Assembly (NCBI GenBank): GCA_963785235.1
Contig: CAWAUM010000001.1
Coordinates: 128,001-192,000 of the forward strand
Direction: 5' to 3'
DNA: 64,000 nucleotides
Source: an uncultured delta proteobacterium
GTDB taxonomy: Bacteria; Desulfobacterota; Desulfomonilia; UBA1062
The notes under the pieces: model-generated
Told to the model about the DNA's origin: nothing
Seen by the model: only the letters and a program-made list of their open reading frames with translations
The model's database searches: none
Shown: positions 17,287 to 28,019 of the stretch, piece by piece
Layout of the letters: every line of letters starts with the position of its first letter
Numbering within the stretch: position 1 is the stretch's first letter
Translations under genes and position numbers: made by a program

Positions 17287-18832
17287 ACGTATCCTCCCTG
17301 CTGCACTGTGTTGCATAGAAGGACCACGGCAGGATCTCGCCGGCATCCCTTTGCCTCAGTGCATAATAATCAGGGTTGAGCTGCCATTGCTTCAGGAGGC
17401 GCTGCCAGTTGGCCGGATCATGCTTTGCCATTTCCTTGATAAGCCCCAGGAGCTTTCTGTCACCCCGGGCGAAAAGGGCCTGGAGAAAGGCCCACTTGGG
17501 CCCTTCAAACGCAACCGAGATGTTGCTCTCGCCCTTGAGACCTTTCACGATCCTCTTGATGCGGATCTTGGCATCGCCTTGCTCGACCATGGCATGGCGC
17601 TCGAAGGGCGTGTGGGGCTTGGGTACAAAGGTATTGATGCTGACACTCACCGTACCGATCTTCTTATTGCCCCTTGAGACGTGGATGAACGTCTGGCGGA
17701 TGCGCTTTATAAGGTCAATGGTCTCGTCGAGGTGAGCAAGGGTTTCTCCCGGTAATCCCACCATGAAGTAGAGTTTTATGTCCCGTATTCCCGATGCCAC
17801 CAGCACCCTGACATCATCGAAGATGGTGGCGTTGGTGATATGCTTGCCCATGGCAAACCGCAGATCCTGCGAGCCTGTCTCCGGCGCCAGGGTTACACCC
17901 TTGACCTCTGAAATGGCCAGGGCCTCTATAAGATCATTGCTGATCATGCCCGGCCTGAGTGAGGGCGGGGCCACCTTGAGCCCTCGATTCTGTATCTCTT
18001 TAAAGATCTCAGCAGCCCCGGGGTGGTTGTTGAGCGAGGTGCTCACCAGGCCGAGTTTGTTACGGTGTCGTGCCGCCTCGGCGAAGATGGGGACCAGCCT
18101 TTCCATGGGCGCGCTGCGGTAGGGGGCATAGATCTCCCGGGCGCTGCAGAACTTGCAGGAAAAGGGGCATCCCCGCGCAATCTCCACAAGATACATGTCG
18201 CCGAATGCCGTATCCTTCGTGATGATGCTGGTGCAGGCCGGGTTATCCAACTCGGTCTTAAAGGAGAGTTGCGGTCTTTGGCCCTCGAATCCTGCAATGG
18301 CCGGTCCTTCATAGACAGGCCGGGTTCGCGACGGGATATATACCCCCGGCACCAGGTTCATTCTATCAAGAAATTCCTCATATCCGGCGCTTGCGGCATA
18401 GGCTATGTCAAGAAGGGCAGGAAAGGGCTCGCCGTCACCCAGGAAACAGATATCAAAGGCATCCGCAACGGGTTCGGGATTTGAGGTAATGGCCGCACCT
18501 CCTGCCATTACAATGGGCTTGCCTCCCCGGTCACCAGCGGCCACAGGTATGTTGTTGGCCTGAAGGATCTTTACGGCCTCGATGAAATCCAGCTCATAGG
18601 AGATGGAAAAGGCGATGACATGAAAATCGCTTAGAGATCTGTCCGATTCCACTGAGCGCGCTCTGTCCGTAAAGAACCGCTCGCAGAGAATTCCGGGCTG
18701 GTCATTGAACAGGCGGTACATGTGCTGAAGTCCGAGGTTCGACATGCCCACCCAGTACGTGTTCGGGTAGACAAAGGCGATGTTCAGCTTACCGCCGGGG
18801 TCCTTGCGTACTGAGCCTGTCTCATTCCACAT
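17276..18832 (-). CDS. radical SAM protein, uncharacterised family
   Basis: YPNTYWVGMSNLG, RGCPFSCKFC, TLAPETGS, KLYFMVGLPGE, FVPKPHTPF. Confidence 0.88.
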   Translation of the reverse strand: MWNETGSVRKDPGGKLNIAFVYPNTYWVGMSNLGLQHMYRLFNDQPGILCERFFTDRARSVESDRSLSDFHVIAFSISYELDFIEAVKILQANNIPVAAGDRGGKPIVMAGGAAITSNPEPVADAFDICFLGDGEPFPALLDIAYAASAGYEEFLDRMNLVPGVYIPSRTRPVYEGPAIAGFEGQRPQLSFKTELDNPACTSIITKDTAFGDMYLVEIARGCPFSCKFCSAREIYAPYRSAPMERLVPIFAEAARHRNKLGLVSTSLNNHPGAAEIFKEIQNRGLKVAPPSLRPGMISNDLIEALAISEVKGVTLAPETGSQDLRFAMGKHITNATIFDDVRVLVASGIRDIKLYFMVGLPGETLAHLDETIDLIKRIRQTFIHVSRGNKKIGTVSVSINTFVPKPHTPFERHAMVEQGDAKIRIKRIVKGLKGESNISVAFEGPKWAFLQALFARGDRKLLGLIKEMAKHDPANWQRLLKQWQLNPDYYALRQRDAGEILPWSFYATQCSREDTYES

Positions 18833-20171
18833 CGATACTTAGACTCTTGATCTTCCTGTGCAGATTGCTCCGCTCAACGCCGATCAGATCGGCGGTCTTG
18901 GATATGTTGTTCCCGCATTGCATAAGCTTGCGTTCGATGAAGATCTTCTCGAACTCGGAGCGTGCATCTTTGAACTCTACCAGATCCAGGATCTTGTCCA
19001 GTTCGGAAGCGGGTTTAGATCCGAGCTGCATAATGTCATCGGCCGTTATGGTGTTTCCAGGCGTCATGATGACAAGGCGTTCGATGATGTTCTTGAGTTC
19101 GCGCACATTGCCCGGCCAGTCATGCTGCATGAGTTTCCTGATGGCGCTGTCGGTCATGTTCTTCTTACCCCCCTTTAAGGGGGAGAAGAGCTGGAGAAAA
19201 TGATCAACCAGTTCCGGGATGTCATCCCTGCGGTCAATGAGGCGCGGTACGTTAATGGGTATGACATTGAGCCGGTAATAAAGGTCCTGCCGGAAGCGGC
19301 CCTCCGCGATCTCCTGCTCAAGGTTCTTGTTGGTGGCCGTGAGCACGCGCACATCCACCTGGATGGTCTGGGCGCCACCGACCCGCTCGAAACGCTGCTC
19401 CTGGAGGATGCGTAAAATCTTGGCCTGGGTGGCCAGGCTCATGTCACCGATCTCATCCAAGAAAAGTGTACCGTTGTGGGCCAGGTCGAACTTACCGCGC
19501 TTTCGCTCGGCGGCCCCGGTAAAGGCACCCTTCTCATGACCGAAGAGCTCGCTTTCAATGAGTTCTTCCGGGATGGCGGCGCAGTTCACCTCAACAAAGG
19601 GAAAGCTTGACCTGTTGCTGTTCTTGTGGACCCTGCGCGCCACCAGCTCTTTGCCCGTTCCGTTCTCTCCAAGGATGAGGACCCAGGCATCGGTGGGAGA
19701 ACAGCGGTCGATCTGGGCTTTCAGTTTTAAGATGGCAGGCGACGAGCCGATGATCTCATCATCCTTCTCGGTCTTCTTCTTCAAGAGGGCATTCTCTTCC
19801 TCCAGTGCCCGCAAATGGATAGTGTTGTTCAGCGTGATGATGATCTTGTTGAGGTCGAGCGGCTTCTCTATGAAATCCAACGCACCGAGCCGTGTGGCCC
19901 GGATGGCGGTCTCGATGGAACCGTGGCCTGTCATGATGATGACCGGAATTCTGAATCCGGCATTCTTCATCTCCTCCAAAATCTGGAGACCGTCCTTGCC
20001 CGGCATCCAGATGTCCAACAGGATGAGGTCCACGTCCTGTTTCTCGATGATCTTGAGGGCGTCCTCGCCGGATGCAGCAAGAATGGTATTGTATCCTTCG
20101 TCTTCCAGCCCACCCTTCAGTGAGAGCCTGATATTTTCTTCATCGTCTACAATAAGTATGGTGTGCTTCAT
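18822..20171 (-). CDS. ntrX: sigma54-dependent response regulator, NtrX-like
   Basis: Receiver LLDIWMPG; GENGTGKE; GAFTGA; WPGNVREL; Fis-type HTH. Confidence 0.9.
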   Translation of the reverse strand: MKHTILIVDDEENIRLSLKGGLEDEGYNTILAASGEDALKIIEKQDVDLILLDIWMPGKDGLQILEEMKNAGFRIPVIIMTGHGSIETAIRATRLGALDFIEKPLDLNKIIITLNNTIHLRALEEENALLKKKTEKDDEIIGSSPAILKLKAQIDRCSPTDAWVLILGENGTGKELVARRVHKNSNRSSFPFVEVNCAAIPEELIESELFGHEKGAFTGAAERKRGKFDLAHNGTLFLDEIGDMSLATQAKILRILQEQRFERVGGAQTIQVDVRVLTATNKNLEQEIAEGRFRQDLYYRLNVIPINVPRLIDRRDDIPELVDHFLQLFSPLKGGKKNMTDSAIRKLMQHDWPGNVRELKNIIERLVIMTPGNTITADDIMQLGSKPASELDKILDLVEFKDARSEFEKIFIERKLMQCGNNISKTADLIGVERSNLHRKIKSLSIDVE

Positions 20172-20174
20172 TCT

Positions 20175-22353
20175 TTACCCCTTAACCGGCAGCTCTATGC
20201 TGAAGATGGTGCCTTTCGGCTCGTTGTCTTTGACTCGAATAAACCCGTTATGGTCCGAAATGATCCTGTTCACGATAACCAGTCCCAGTCCCGTGCCGCC
20301 CTTCTTGGTGGAGAAGTACGGCTCAAACATCCGCTCCTTTACGTTCTTGGGGATACCGGGGCCTGTGTCAATAATATCCAGCTTTGCAATGTGCACATCC
20401 TCGTCATAGCCGGTCCTGATCGTAATCTTCTTTACAGGGCTGTCGCTCTCCAGGATGGCGGTAGTGGCATTTTCCAAGAGGTTGGTTACGGCCCTGTTCA
20501 TCTGGGAGCTGTCGATGTCCATTTTGGGCATGCCTTCATCCAGATCGAGAACAAACTCCAAGGCCTGATGGGCCTGCCGGTAAAGCGCCACGGCATCAGT
20601 GACCACCTTGTTGAAATCCTCCGGTCTCGGCATGGACGAGGGCATCCTGGCAAAGGCGGAAAATTCATTCACCAGGCGCTTCATCACATCCACCTCGTTG
20701 ATAATGACCCTTGTGCACTCGTCAAATACCTCCGAATCGTCTCCGAGCTTGTCCAGGTATCTGCGCCTGAGTCTCTGGGCCGAGAGCTGTATGGGGGTGA
20801 GCGGGTTTTTCACCTCGTGGGCGATCCTGCGGGCCACCTCGCGCCATGCAGCCATACGCTGCATCCTCTGGAGCTGGGTAAGGTCATCGAAAAAAAGGAC
20901 CATACCGATACGTTCGAAATTATCCCCATGAAGGACAGAGGCCTGACCGAGGAGCGTCAGCCACTTCCCGTCCAGGGACAGGGTAAGCTGTTTCTGGATG
21001 GAGGATGTCCTTGAACTATTAAGTCCTGAGACCAGGTCAGTGAAGATGGGCAGATATTCACCCGAGAGAACTTCTTCAATCCCTTTTCCCATGGTCTTTT
21101 CTGAAGTGAGTCCGAGCATGGACTCTGCCGAGGGATTGATCCACACAATCTGGTCATCCTTATTGATGGTGATCACCCCTGCGGATATGGTTTTGAGCAC
21201 GGTCTGGATATACCGGTTTCTCATGGAGATTTCATTGTATGCGGTTTCAAGATTTTTGCGTGAGTCCTTGAGGTCATCCACCATGATATTGAAATCGTCC
21301 ACCAGGATCCCCAGTTCATCGTTGGCCTTCATATCGATCTTGAAGCCCAGGTCGCCCTTGGAGATTTTCTGGGTGCCTTCCACGAGCTTCTCGATGGGAT
21401 TGAGAAGGCCCTTGGCGATATTCAATGCGAACCAGACGGCAGAGAAGATTACAAGAAGGGTCACCGATGTCAGCAGGATGATGTAATTCGTCTTGATGGG
21501 GCCTTTCAGCCTGAGACTCTGGGAATAATCCTTGAATGAACCCTTGATGAGACTGATTTTTGCCGAGAGGCTCTCAGGGACATAGTAGTCAGCAACAAGG
21601 ACACCCACAATATCCTTCGGGTTGAAGGACGACTGGATGGGTACAATACCCTCGATGATGTCCGCCTTGCCTTTACGCACAATCTGCGACATTCCCTTGC
21701 CCTGCATGGCGGACCTGACAATGCCGGATTCGGGTCTCGGCATGGCCTCGGCCTGGATGCCGGGCGAGATGATCTTCGCCAGCTCCTCGCCCTGGGCTGA
21801 AAAGACCACCACCGAAGACAGCCGGAACAGGGCCATCTTCTCTTCCAGCAGTGCCTTGAGGATATTAAGGTTGTCTTCTTTGAGTAACCTGCGCTCGGTG
21901 ATCTCCTTGGATATAGAGGCGGCGTAATGGATGGAATTTTCAGAGGCTTCATTATAATAGATGTTGGCCACAGTCATGGATTCTTCAATAGCGGTTTCCA
22001 CCTCGCGTAGAAAGCCATCCTTCCATGCTCCGGTTGAGGAAGACCACACTGGTAAAGAACAGCAATGCAGAGGGTATGGTTGTCAGCGTTACAAAGGCTA
22101 CTACAAGTTTGGTCCTGAGCCTGGTGCCAAGGACCCCCCTCCTGCGTTCGAGCATGAGCTTCACAATATTGCGGATTACCAGGAAAACCACCAGGATAAG
22201 CAGCACTACATTAAGGCTGATTACAGTGAACACAACTGCATTTGAAGATGGTACGAGCCCCAGGGTGCTCAGGTTCGTCTTTGCAATGCTCATGAGGATC
22301 ATCACGATAATGATGCCGCCGACAATGATCATCTCCTTGGTCTTCTTAGACAT
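20175..22353 (-). CDS. ntrY: HAMP/PAS sensor histidine kinase, NtrY-like (frameshift near 22005)
   Basis: GTRLRTKLV N-terminus in ORF 21985-22404; AWREVARRIAHEVKNPLTPIQL and GTGLGL in ORF 20175-22049. Confidence 0.88.
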
Positions 22354-22357
22354 GTAT

Positions 22358-23176
22358 TTATCCCTGCCCCTGTTGGCATAGGCCCAAGTGGATCTGTTTC
22401 GCAAGACGAATGTGCAAGGTATGGTTTGCCTTTACCGCAATGATCCGGGCTTCAAGCGGCGAACCCAGAGTCCACAGATCCCCCAATATGTCCAGAACCT
22501 TGTGGCGGACGAATTCGTCGGGAAAACGCAGGCCTTCAGGATTGATGATGCGGTCATGGTCAACCACTACGGCGTTGTGCAGGCCGCCGCCCTGCGCCAG
22601 GCCTGCAGCGCGCATCATCTCTACGTCCTTAAGCCTTCCGAAGGTTCGGGCAGGGGCGATCTGATTTGCATAATCCTCACCAAGGTAGCTGAACCGTTGA
22701 AGCCCTATGGCAGGATCTGGAAAATCGATCTCATAGGACAGGCTGAACGGTCCCGGCATGGCCTCGATGCAGGCATTTCCATCTTCCAAACGGATCGGTG
22801 AAGCAAGTACAATGGGGTCACATGAAGGGCCTAATGACTCGATACCCGACTCTTCCAGGAGCCGGAAAAAGGGCAGGGCCGAACCATCCATGGCAGGCAT
22901 TTCATCGCCTGACACGTAGATATCACAGTCCGTGATACGATGACCATACAAGGCTGACATGAGGTGCTCTATGGTGGAGATGGACACATCATCATCACCA
23001 AGGGTGGTGTTCAACCTGGTGTTGATGATATTCATGGGTGTGGCGGGAATCCTCCTCCCGTCTTTGATGAACACAATCCCTTCTGAATTCCCTTTGAGCC
23101 TTAGCGTGATTGCAGTCCCCTTGTGGAGCCCTGTACCCTCGATTATAAGTTCTTTGCGGATAGTTCTGCGATTCAT
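22358..23176 (-). CDS. lpxC: UDP-3-O-acyl-N-acetylglucosamine deacetylase
   Basis: GTGLH, TIEHLMSAL, MDGSA, ARTFG, RHKVLDILGD. Confidence 0.95.
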   Translation of the reverse strand: MNRRTIRKELIIEGTGLHKGTAITLRLKGNSEGIVFIKDGRRIPATPMNIINTRLNTTLGDDDVSISTIEHLMSALYGHRITDCDIYVSGDEMPAMDGSALPFFRLLEESGIESLGPSCDPIVLASPIRLEDGNACIEAMPGPFSLSYEIDFPDPAIGLQRFSYLGEDYANQIAPARTFGRLKDVEMMRAAGLAQGGGLHNAVVVDHDRIINPEGLRFPDEFVRHKVLDILGDLWTLGSPLEARIIAVKANHTLHIRLAKQIHLGLCQQGQG

Positions 23177-23274
23177 GGCAGGACATAGATTATGTAAGGT
23201 GCTCCCATTAGTCAAATCCTAATACTTCACCCGCATTTGACAGGGCTTGATAAAATGCTTTATAGAGCAATACC

Positions 23275-23562
23275 ATGTTTGAACTCAGCTTCCCGCACAT
23301 ACTCCTTCTCCTTGCCATTGCCTTGGTTGTCATCGGTCCGAAGAAACTGCCCGATATAGCAAAGACCCTGGGCAAGATGTTCGGTGAATTCCAGCGGGCT
23401 GCAGACGATCTCAAGCGCGAGATAAAGACCGCATCCGACATCAAGACAGGCAACGATCCCCAGCAGAAGCCCGCCGAAGAGAAGGCCCCTGAACCTGCAG
23501 CAACCCCTGAGGAGGATGCCGCGGCCCCTGACACCAAGACCCCGCCCGAGAAGAACTCTTAA
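23275..23562 (+). CDS. tatB: twin-arginine translocase subunit TatB
   Basis: ALVVIGPKKLPDIAKTLGK; precedes tatC. Confidence 0.88.
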   Translation: MFELSFPHILLLLAIALVVIGPKKLPDIAKTLGKMFGEFQRAADDLKREIKTASDIKTGNDPQQKPAEEKAPEPAATPEEDAAAPDTKTPPEKNS

Positions 23563-23587
23563 AGATTCTTTAAACGAGGAACCACAC

Positions 23588-24331
23588 GTGGAAGAAGAGA
23601 AACTGCCGGTAACCGATCATCTCGAAGAGCTCAGAGGCAGGATCATCAAGTGCTTCGTCGCGATTATCGTGGGGTTTCTCCTTTCATTTACGTTCTCCCA
23701 GCAGCTCTTTGATTTTCTGACGTATCCCCTGGTCAAGGCTATGCCCGAAGGGGGAAAGCTTATTTACACCTCGCTGCAGGAGGCCTTTGTCACCTATATG
23801 AAGATCGCGTTTTTCGCAGGGCTCTTCATGGCAGTTCCGGTGATCTTCTACCAGATCTGGAAATTTGTGATTCCGGGCCTGTATGAGAAGGAGCGCACCT
23901 ATATAGTGCCCTTTATGATTATGGCATGCGTCTTTTTTATCCTGGGGGCATCCTTTGCCTTTTTTGTAGCCTTCCCCTTTGCATTCAGGTTCTTCCTCAG
24001 TTTCGCGAATGATCGTATCCAGGCCCTGCCCTCCATGAAGGAATACCTGAGCCTCTGCATGAGCCTGATCATAGCGTTCGGCATCACCTTCGAGCTGCCG
24101 GTGGTCATGTTCTTCCTTGCCAAGATGGGGATCGTGGACCATGCCAAGCTGAAGAAATTCCGGAAATACGCATTCCTCATAATTTCCACCGCTGCAGCCT
24201 TCCTTACCCCGCCTGATATCTTGAGCATGATATTGCTCATCATCCCTTTGTATTTCCTCTACGAGATCAGTATCCTGGTAGTCTACTTCACCAGGAAAAA
24301 GAAGGCGGCCCCTGAAGAGGCGGCAGGCTGA
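23588..24331 (+). CDS. tatC: twin-arginine translocase subunit TatC
   Basis: DHLEELR, PGLYEKE, FELP, LTPPD; GTG start at 23588 after GAGGA. Confidence 0.95.
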   Translation: MEEEKLPVTDHLEELRGRIIKCFVAIIVGFLLSFTFSQQLFDFLTYPLVKAMPEGGKLIYTSLQEAFVTYMKIAFFAGLFMAVPVIFYQIWKFVIPGLYEKERTYIVPFMIMACVFFILGASFAFFVAFPFAFRFFLSFANDRIQALPSMKEYLSLCMSLIIAFGITFELPVVMFFLAKMGIVDHAKLKKFRKYAFLIISTAAAFLTPPDILSMILLIIPLYFLYEISILVVYFTRKKKAAPEEAAG

Positions 24332-24419
24332 CACAATCATTTGAATGAAAACAGTATCATCACAAAAGTGCTAACACCTTGCCTGTAAACTTGATCTGGG
24401 TATACATTAGGATGCACAT

Positions 24420-25284
24420 ATGAAAAGTGCGTTTACCTATGGGTTTTCTTCTTTTGCTGCCATTGTGTTTTCTTTTCTCTCAATCTTTATACCATCATCT
24501 TCCGGCGGCCAGGATCAAGTGCCCGTGAAGGATCGTTTCGCTGGCGCCCAATATCACCAGGGAGATCTATGACCTGGGTGCCCAGAGCCTGCTTATCGGC
24601 GTTACCAGCTACTCTCCGGTAAAAGCCGGCGCCGGCAAGCAGCTGGTGGGCTCGCCTGCGCGCATAAATATCGAGAAGACCTATTCGTTAAGGCCGCAGC
24701 TCGTGCTGGCAAGCACGGACTGCAACAGCAAGTCTGATGTTGAAACGTTGAAAAAGCTGGGATGCAAGGTTCATGTCTTCAATGGATGCGAGAGCTTCGC
24801 ATGCATGTGTCTGGCCTTTAAAGAGCTCGGTGCCATGGTGGGGAGGTCTCAGCGGGCCGAGGATATAATCGCAGAGGTTAGGGTACAGATGAACGACATC
24901 CAGGCAAAGATCCATGGCCGTAAAAGTCTGAAGGTGTTCTGGCAGCTTGGTGATAACCCGCTTGTAACAGCAAGCGGTGCTACCTTTTCAGGCGAGATGC
25001 TCCGCAGGGCAGGGTGCGTCAACATCTTTGGGGATGCACCCATACCCTATCCACGGGTAAATGCGGAAGAGGTCATCAAGCGAAACCCCGATGTCATTGT
25101 GGTGGTAAGCCAGATGGGATCTGGTTCCACCGGGTCTGCTTGGGGCCGATTCGGTGTAATCAGTGCGGTAAGCAGGAAACGGGTCTATGATCTCCCGGCA
25201 GATATGGTCTGCCAACCCACACCGGTAATGTACCTCAAGGGGTATAAAGCGGTAGTGGCCATGCTTTACCCCGGAATTTTATGA
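24420..25284 (+). CDS. cobalamin/iron-chelate ABC transporter substrate-binding protein, BtuF-like (frameshift near 24528)
   Basis: Hydrophobic leader from ATG 24420, then RIVSLAPNITREIYDLG in a shifted frame; NAEEVIKRNPDVIV. Confidence 0.8.
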
Positions 25285-26267
25285 ACAGGGTTACCTCTTT
25301 TCTTATCCTGGTTTTTCTGCTGGCATGTGCGATTTTACTCTCAGTTTTCATGGGAGGCTCTGAGCTGCCGGCAGCTGCAGTCATCGATGCGCTGATCCAC
25401 CCGGGGTCTTCCGGCACCGCTCATACCCTCATCTGGGAACTGCGCATCCCGCGTATCATAAGGGCGCTCGTGGTGGGCGCAGGTCTTGCTGGATGCGGGG
25501 TGGCATTTCAGGCCGTGCTCAGAAATCCGTTGGCTGAGCCCTTTACATTGGGGGTATCTGCGGGCGGGGCCCTCGGGGCTACCATTGCCATAACCCTGGG
25601 GCTTTCAGGTCTGTCCATGGTGGGGCTGTGCTTTGCAGGTTGCCTCATGAGCATTACCGCGGTGATCTTCATGTCCACCCTGAAGGATTTTTCCACCACG
25701 ACCATCATATTAAGCGGTGTGGTCCTGAGCTTCCTTCTCTCCTCGGTAGTAATGTTCATCTTCACCATAGCCACTGCACGGGAGGTCCATACATCCATCC
25801 TCTGGATCATGGGCAGCCTCAGCTCTACCGATACCGTCTCAACGCCCGTGATCATCCTGATCGTGGTTCCCCTGATCCTTCTGCTCAGCTTCTTGACAAG
25901 GGACATGAACCTCATCTCGCTTGGAGACGAAAAGGCTCACCTCTTAGGCTTTTCTCCAGGCATGCTCAAGACTGTGCTGCTCGGGGTCGCTTCGTTGATC
26001 ACCGGGGTCTGTGTGGCCATATCCGGTATCATAGGTTTCGTGGGGCTCATCATCCCCCATGCCATGCGCCGGGCTGTAGGGGCAGACCATCAGGTGCTTT
26101 TTTCTGCATCCATGCTCGCAGGGTCTACCTTCCTGCTGTTGTGTGACACGCTCTCCCAGGTCATTATCAGGCCCTATGAGCTGCCTGTGGGGGTAATTAC
26201 CGGGATCGCAGGCGGCGTCTTCTTTCTGGCATACCTGCTCAAGGCGTCTCCCCCGGAGGTTATCTAG
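25281..26267 (+). CDS. FecCD/BtuC-family ABC permease
   Basis: LRIPR, RNPLAEP, GIIGFVGLIIPH, ELPVG. Confidence 0.92.
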   Translation: MNRVTSFLILVFLLACAILLSVFMGGSELPAAAVIDALIHPGSSGTAHTLIWELRIPRIIRALVVGAGLAGCGVAFQAVLRNPLAEPFTLGVSAGGALGATIAITLGLSGLSMVGLCFAGCLMSITAVIFMSTLKDFSTTTIILSGVVLSFLLSSVVMFIFTIATAREVHTSILWIMGSLSSTDTVSTPVIILIVVPLILLLSFLTRDMNLISLGDEKAHLLGFSPGMLKTVLLGVASLITGVCVAISGIIGFVGLIIPHAMRRAVGADHQVLFSASMLAGSTFLLLCDTLSQVIIRPYELPVGVITGIAGGVFFLAYLLKASPPEVI

Positions 26268-27058
26268 ATGACAGGGCTCAGGGTGGAAAACCTGAGTGCC
26301 GGGTATCAGGACCACCCGGTGGTAGACGGGGTCTCCTTTGCTGCCGATCCCGGGGGGCATCTTCGGACTTATCGGGCCCAACGGGAGCGGCAAGACTACC
26401 CTGTTCAAGTGCATCTATGGCCTCATGAAACCCTGGCAGGGGAATATTTTCCTGGGTGATGAAAACCTTTTCACAATGCCCAGGAAGAAGCTTGCCCAGA
26501 AGGCCGCCTTCATCCCCCAGATCCACTCGCTGTCCTTCCCCTATACCGTGGAGGAATATGTGCTCATGGGAAGATACCCCCACCGGGGCAGGATGATGCC
26601 CTTCACCCCGGCAGACCGGCAGAATCGTTGAAGATACGCTTACCCTGCTCGACCTCACCGGGGTCAGGTCACAGCGTATCCAGCGGCTCTCGGGAGGAGA
26701 GATGCAGCGGGTGTTCCTTGCATGCGGCCTCGCCCAGAAGCCCGAGATCCTCCTCATGGATGAACCCACCACGCACCTGGACATCGGCCACCAGATAAGG
26801 CTGCTGGACCTGGTAACAGGGCTCTCCGGCAACTACGGGCTCACCGTGCTCGTAACCCTGCACGACCTCAACCTGGCCAGCCTCTACTGCACATCCATCG
26901 CACTCATGGACCATGGCCGCATCCACGCCCAGGGGAGTCCGGAAGAGGTTCTTACTGCAGAGAATATCGAACATGTATACCGGGCCCGTGTGAAAGTAGG
27001 GGAAGACCCGGTATTGCTGAAGCCGCATATATTTTTTGTGCCGGGACAGGAATTGTAG
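26268..27058 (+). CDS. FepC/BtuD-family ABC ATPase (frameshifts near 26355 and 26623)
   Basis: GPNGSGKTT, LSGGE, LLMDEPT, LHDLN spread over three frames. Confidence 0.88.
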
Positions 27059-27208
27059 GATCTCACATTTCATTCAATGCCTTTGAACATTCTTTTCAAT
27101 GGATCATGGTTTTCTCAGGTCCGGGCCAGTGCATTCTTGAGCGGCTATTCAGTTAATCGTACGCAATATTAATAGGTTATCTAGCATTATTCATTCTGTC
27201 CGAACAAT

Positions 27209-27224
27209 TGGCACGGTTAGTGCT
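27209..27224 (+). promoter_or_regulatory. sigma54 (-24/-12) promoter
   Basis: TGGCACGGTTAGTGCT has exact GG-N10-GC spacing; IHF-like TATTAATAGGTTA at 27167-27179. Confidence 0.7.
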
Positions 27225-27266
27225 CAATACATAATCATTAAGCAATCATGAAGGAGGGCAGTGACA

Positions 27267-27542
27267 ATGAAAAAGACAATCCAGACAATAATCGTAGCAA
27301 TGTTCGTGGTGATGATTACCGGTACCTTTGCCTTTGCAGCAGCAGCGACTTCCGGCGGCAACAGCTTCCCCTACTTCCACCTCGGCTGTCTGATCATGGG
27401 CGGGCTCACCATCATCTCTTTGAAGTATCGCTATGAGAGGATGTACTTAAGCGAGGCAGTGGGATCTTTCGCACTGTATGCAGTGCTCGTAGCCCTGTTC
27501 ACCGCACCGGTCATCGAGGCAGTGAAAGGCCTGGTCAGCTGA
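27267..27542 (+). CDS. small membrane protein of unknown function
   Basis: Signal/TM segment plus two TM segments; FHLGCLIMGG motif; GGAGG RBS. Confidence 0.75.
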   Translation: MKKTIQTIIVAMFVVMITGTFAFAAAATSGGNSFPYFHLGCLIMGGLTIISLKYRYERMYLSEAVGSFALYAVLVALFTAPVIEAVKGLVS

Positions 27543-27630
27543 GCAGGTCATATATAGGTAAGGTTTTCAAGCCCTGAAAGTCTTTAATGCCGGGAACTGC
27601 AGGGCTAAAAAAGGAGAGGAGGTAAGAGCC

Positions 27631-27894
27631 ATGAAAAGGGTTGGAAAAGACAAGCTCAATAACAAGAATCTCAACCATATCATCCTTATGAGTGCGTGGA
27701 GCTTCACCCTGGTTATCTCCTCATTCCTGTTCCTGTTTGTCGGACGGTGGATCGATATCCGATTCAATACCGAGCCGGCATTCATGCTTGGTTTGTTTGT
27801 ATTGGCAATATCGTTGTGCATCGGGAGAATATATATGGATTTCACCAAGACACGAGATCAGATCAGTTCAAGGGTAAGGCATCATCAGGCATAG
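27631..27894 (+). CDS. AtpZ/AtpI (ATPase gene 1)-like two-TM protein
   Basis: GRWIDIRFNTEPAFMLGLFVLA matches the G.wlD..f.T.P.f...g pattern. Confidence 0.65.
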   Translation: MKRVGKDKLNNKNLNHIILMSAWSFTLVISSFLFLFVGRWIDIRFNTEPAFMLGLFVLAISLCIGRIYMDFTKTRDQISSRVRHHQA

Positions 27895-27942
27895 GTAATT
27901 GATTGAAACAAGCGTAAAAAGAACCCTGAATCATCGCACACC

Positions 27943-27982
27943 AAAAATAACGGGCCGGGGAAATATCCGGCCCGTTATTTTT
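27943..27982. terminator. bidirectional intrinsic terminator
   Basis: AAAAATAACGGGCCGG / CCGGCCCGTTATTTTT between convergent operons. Confidence 0.85.
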
Positions 27983-28019
27983 TATTAGTAGTTTCGAAAA
28001 GATATTTCGATCTCATCAA

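Noticed and set aside
24332-24419. Cobalamin riboswitch upstream of the BtuFCD-like operon
   Set aside because: The 88-nt gap is too short and lacks B12-box motifs, so substrate specificity stays unassigned.
26340-26640. Programmed frameshifting or phase variation at short homopolymers (also 41784 and 53718)
   Set aside because: Runs are only 2-6 nt with no shared slippery motif, and similar breaks occur in unrelated genes; sequencing error is simpler.
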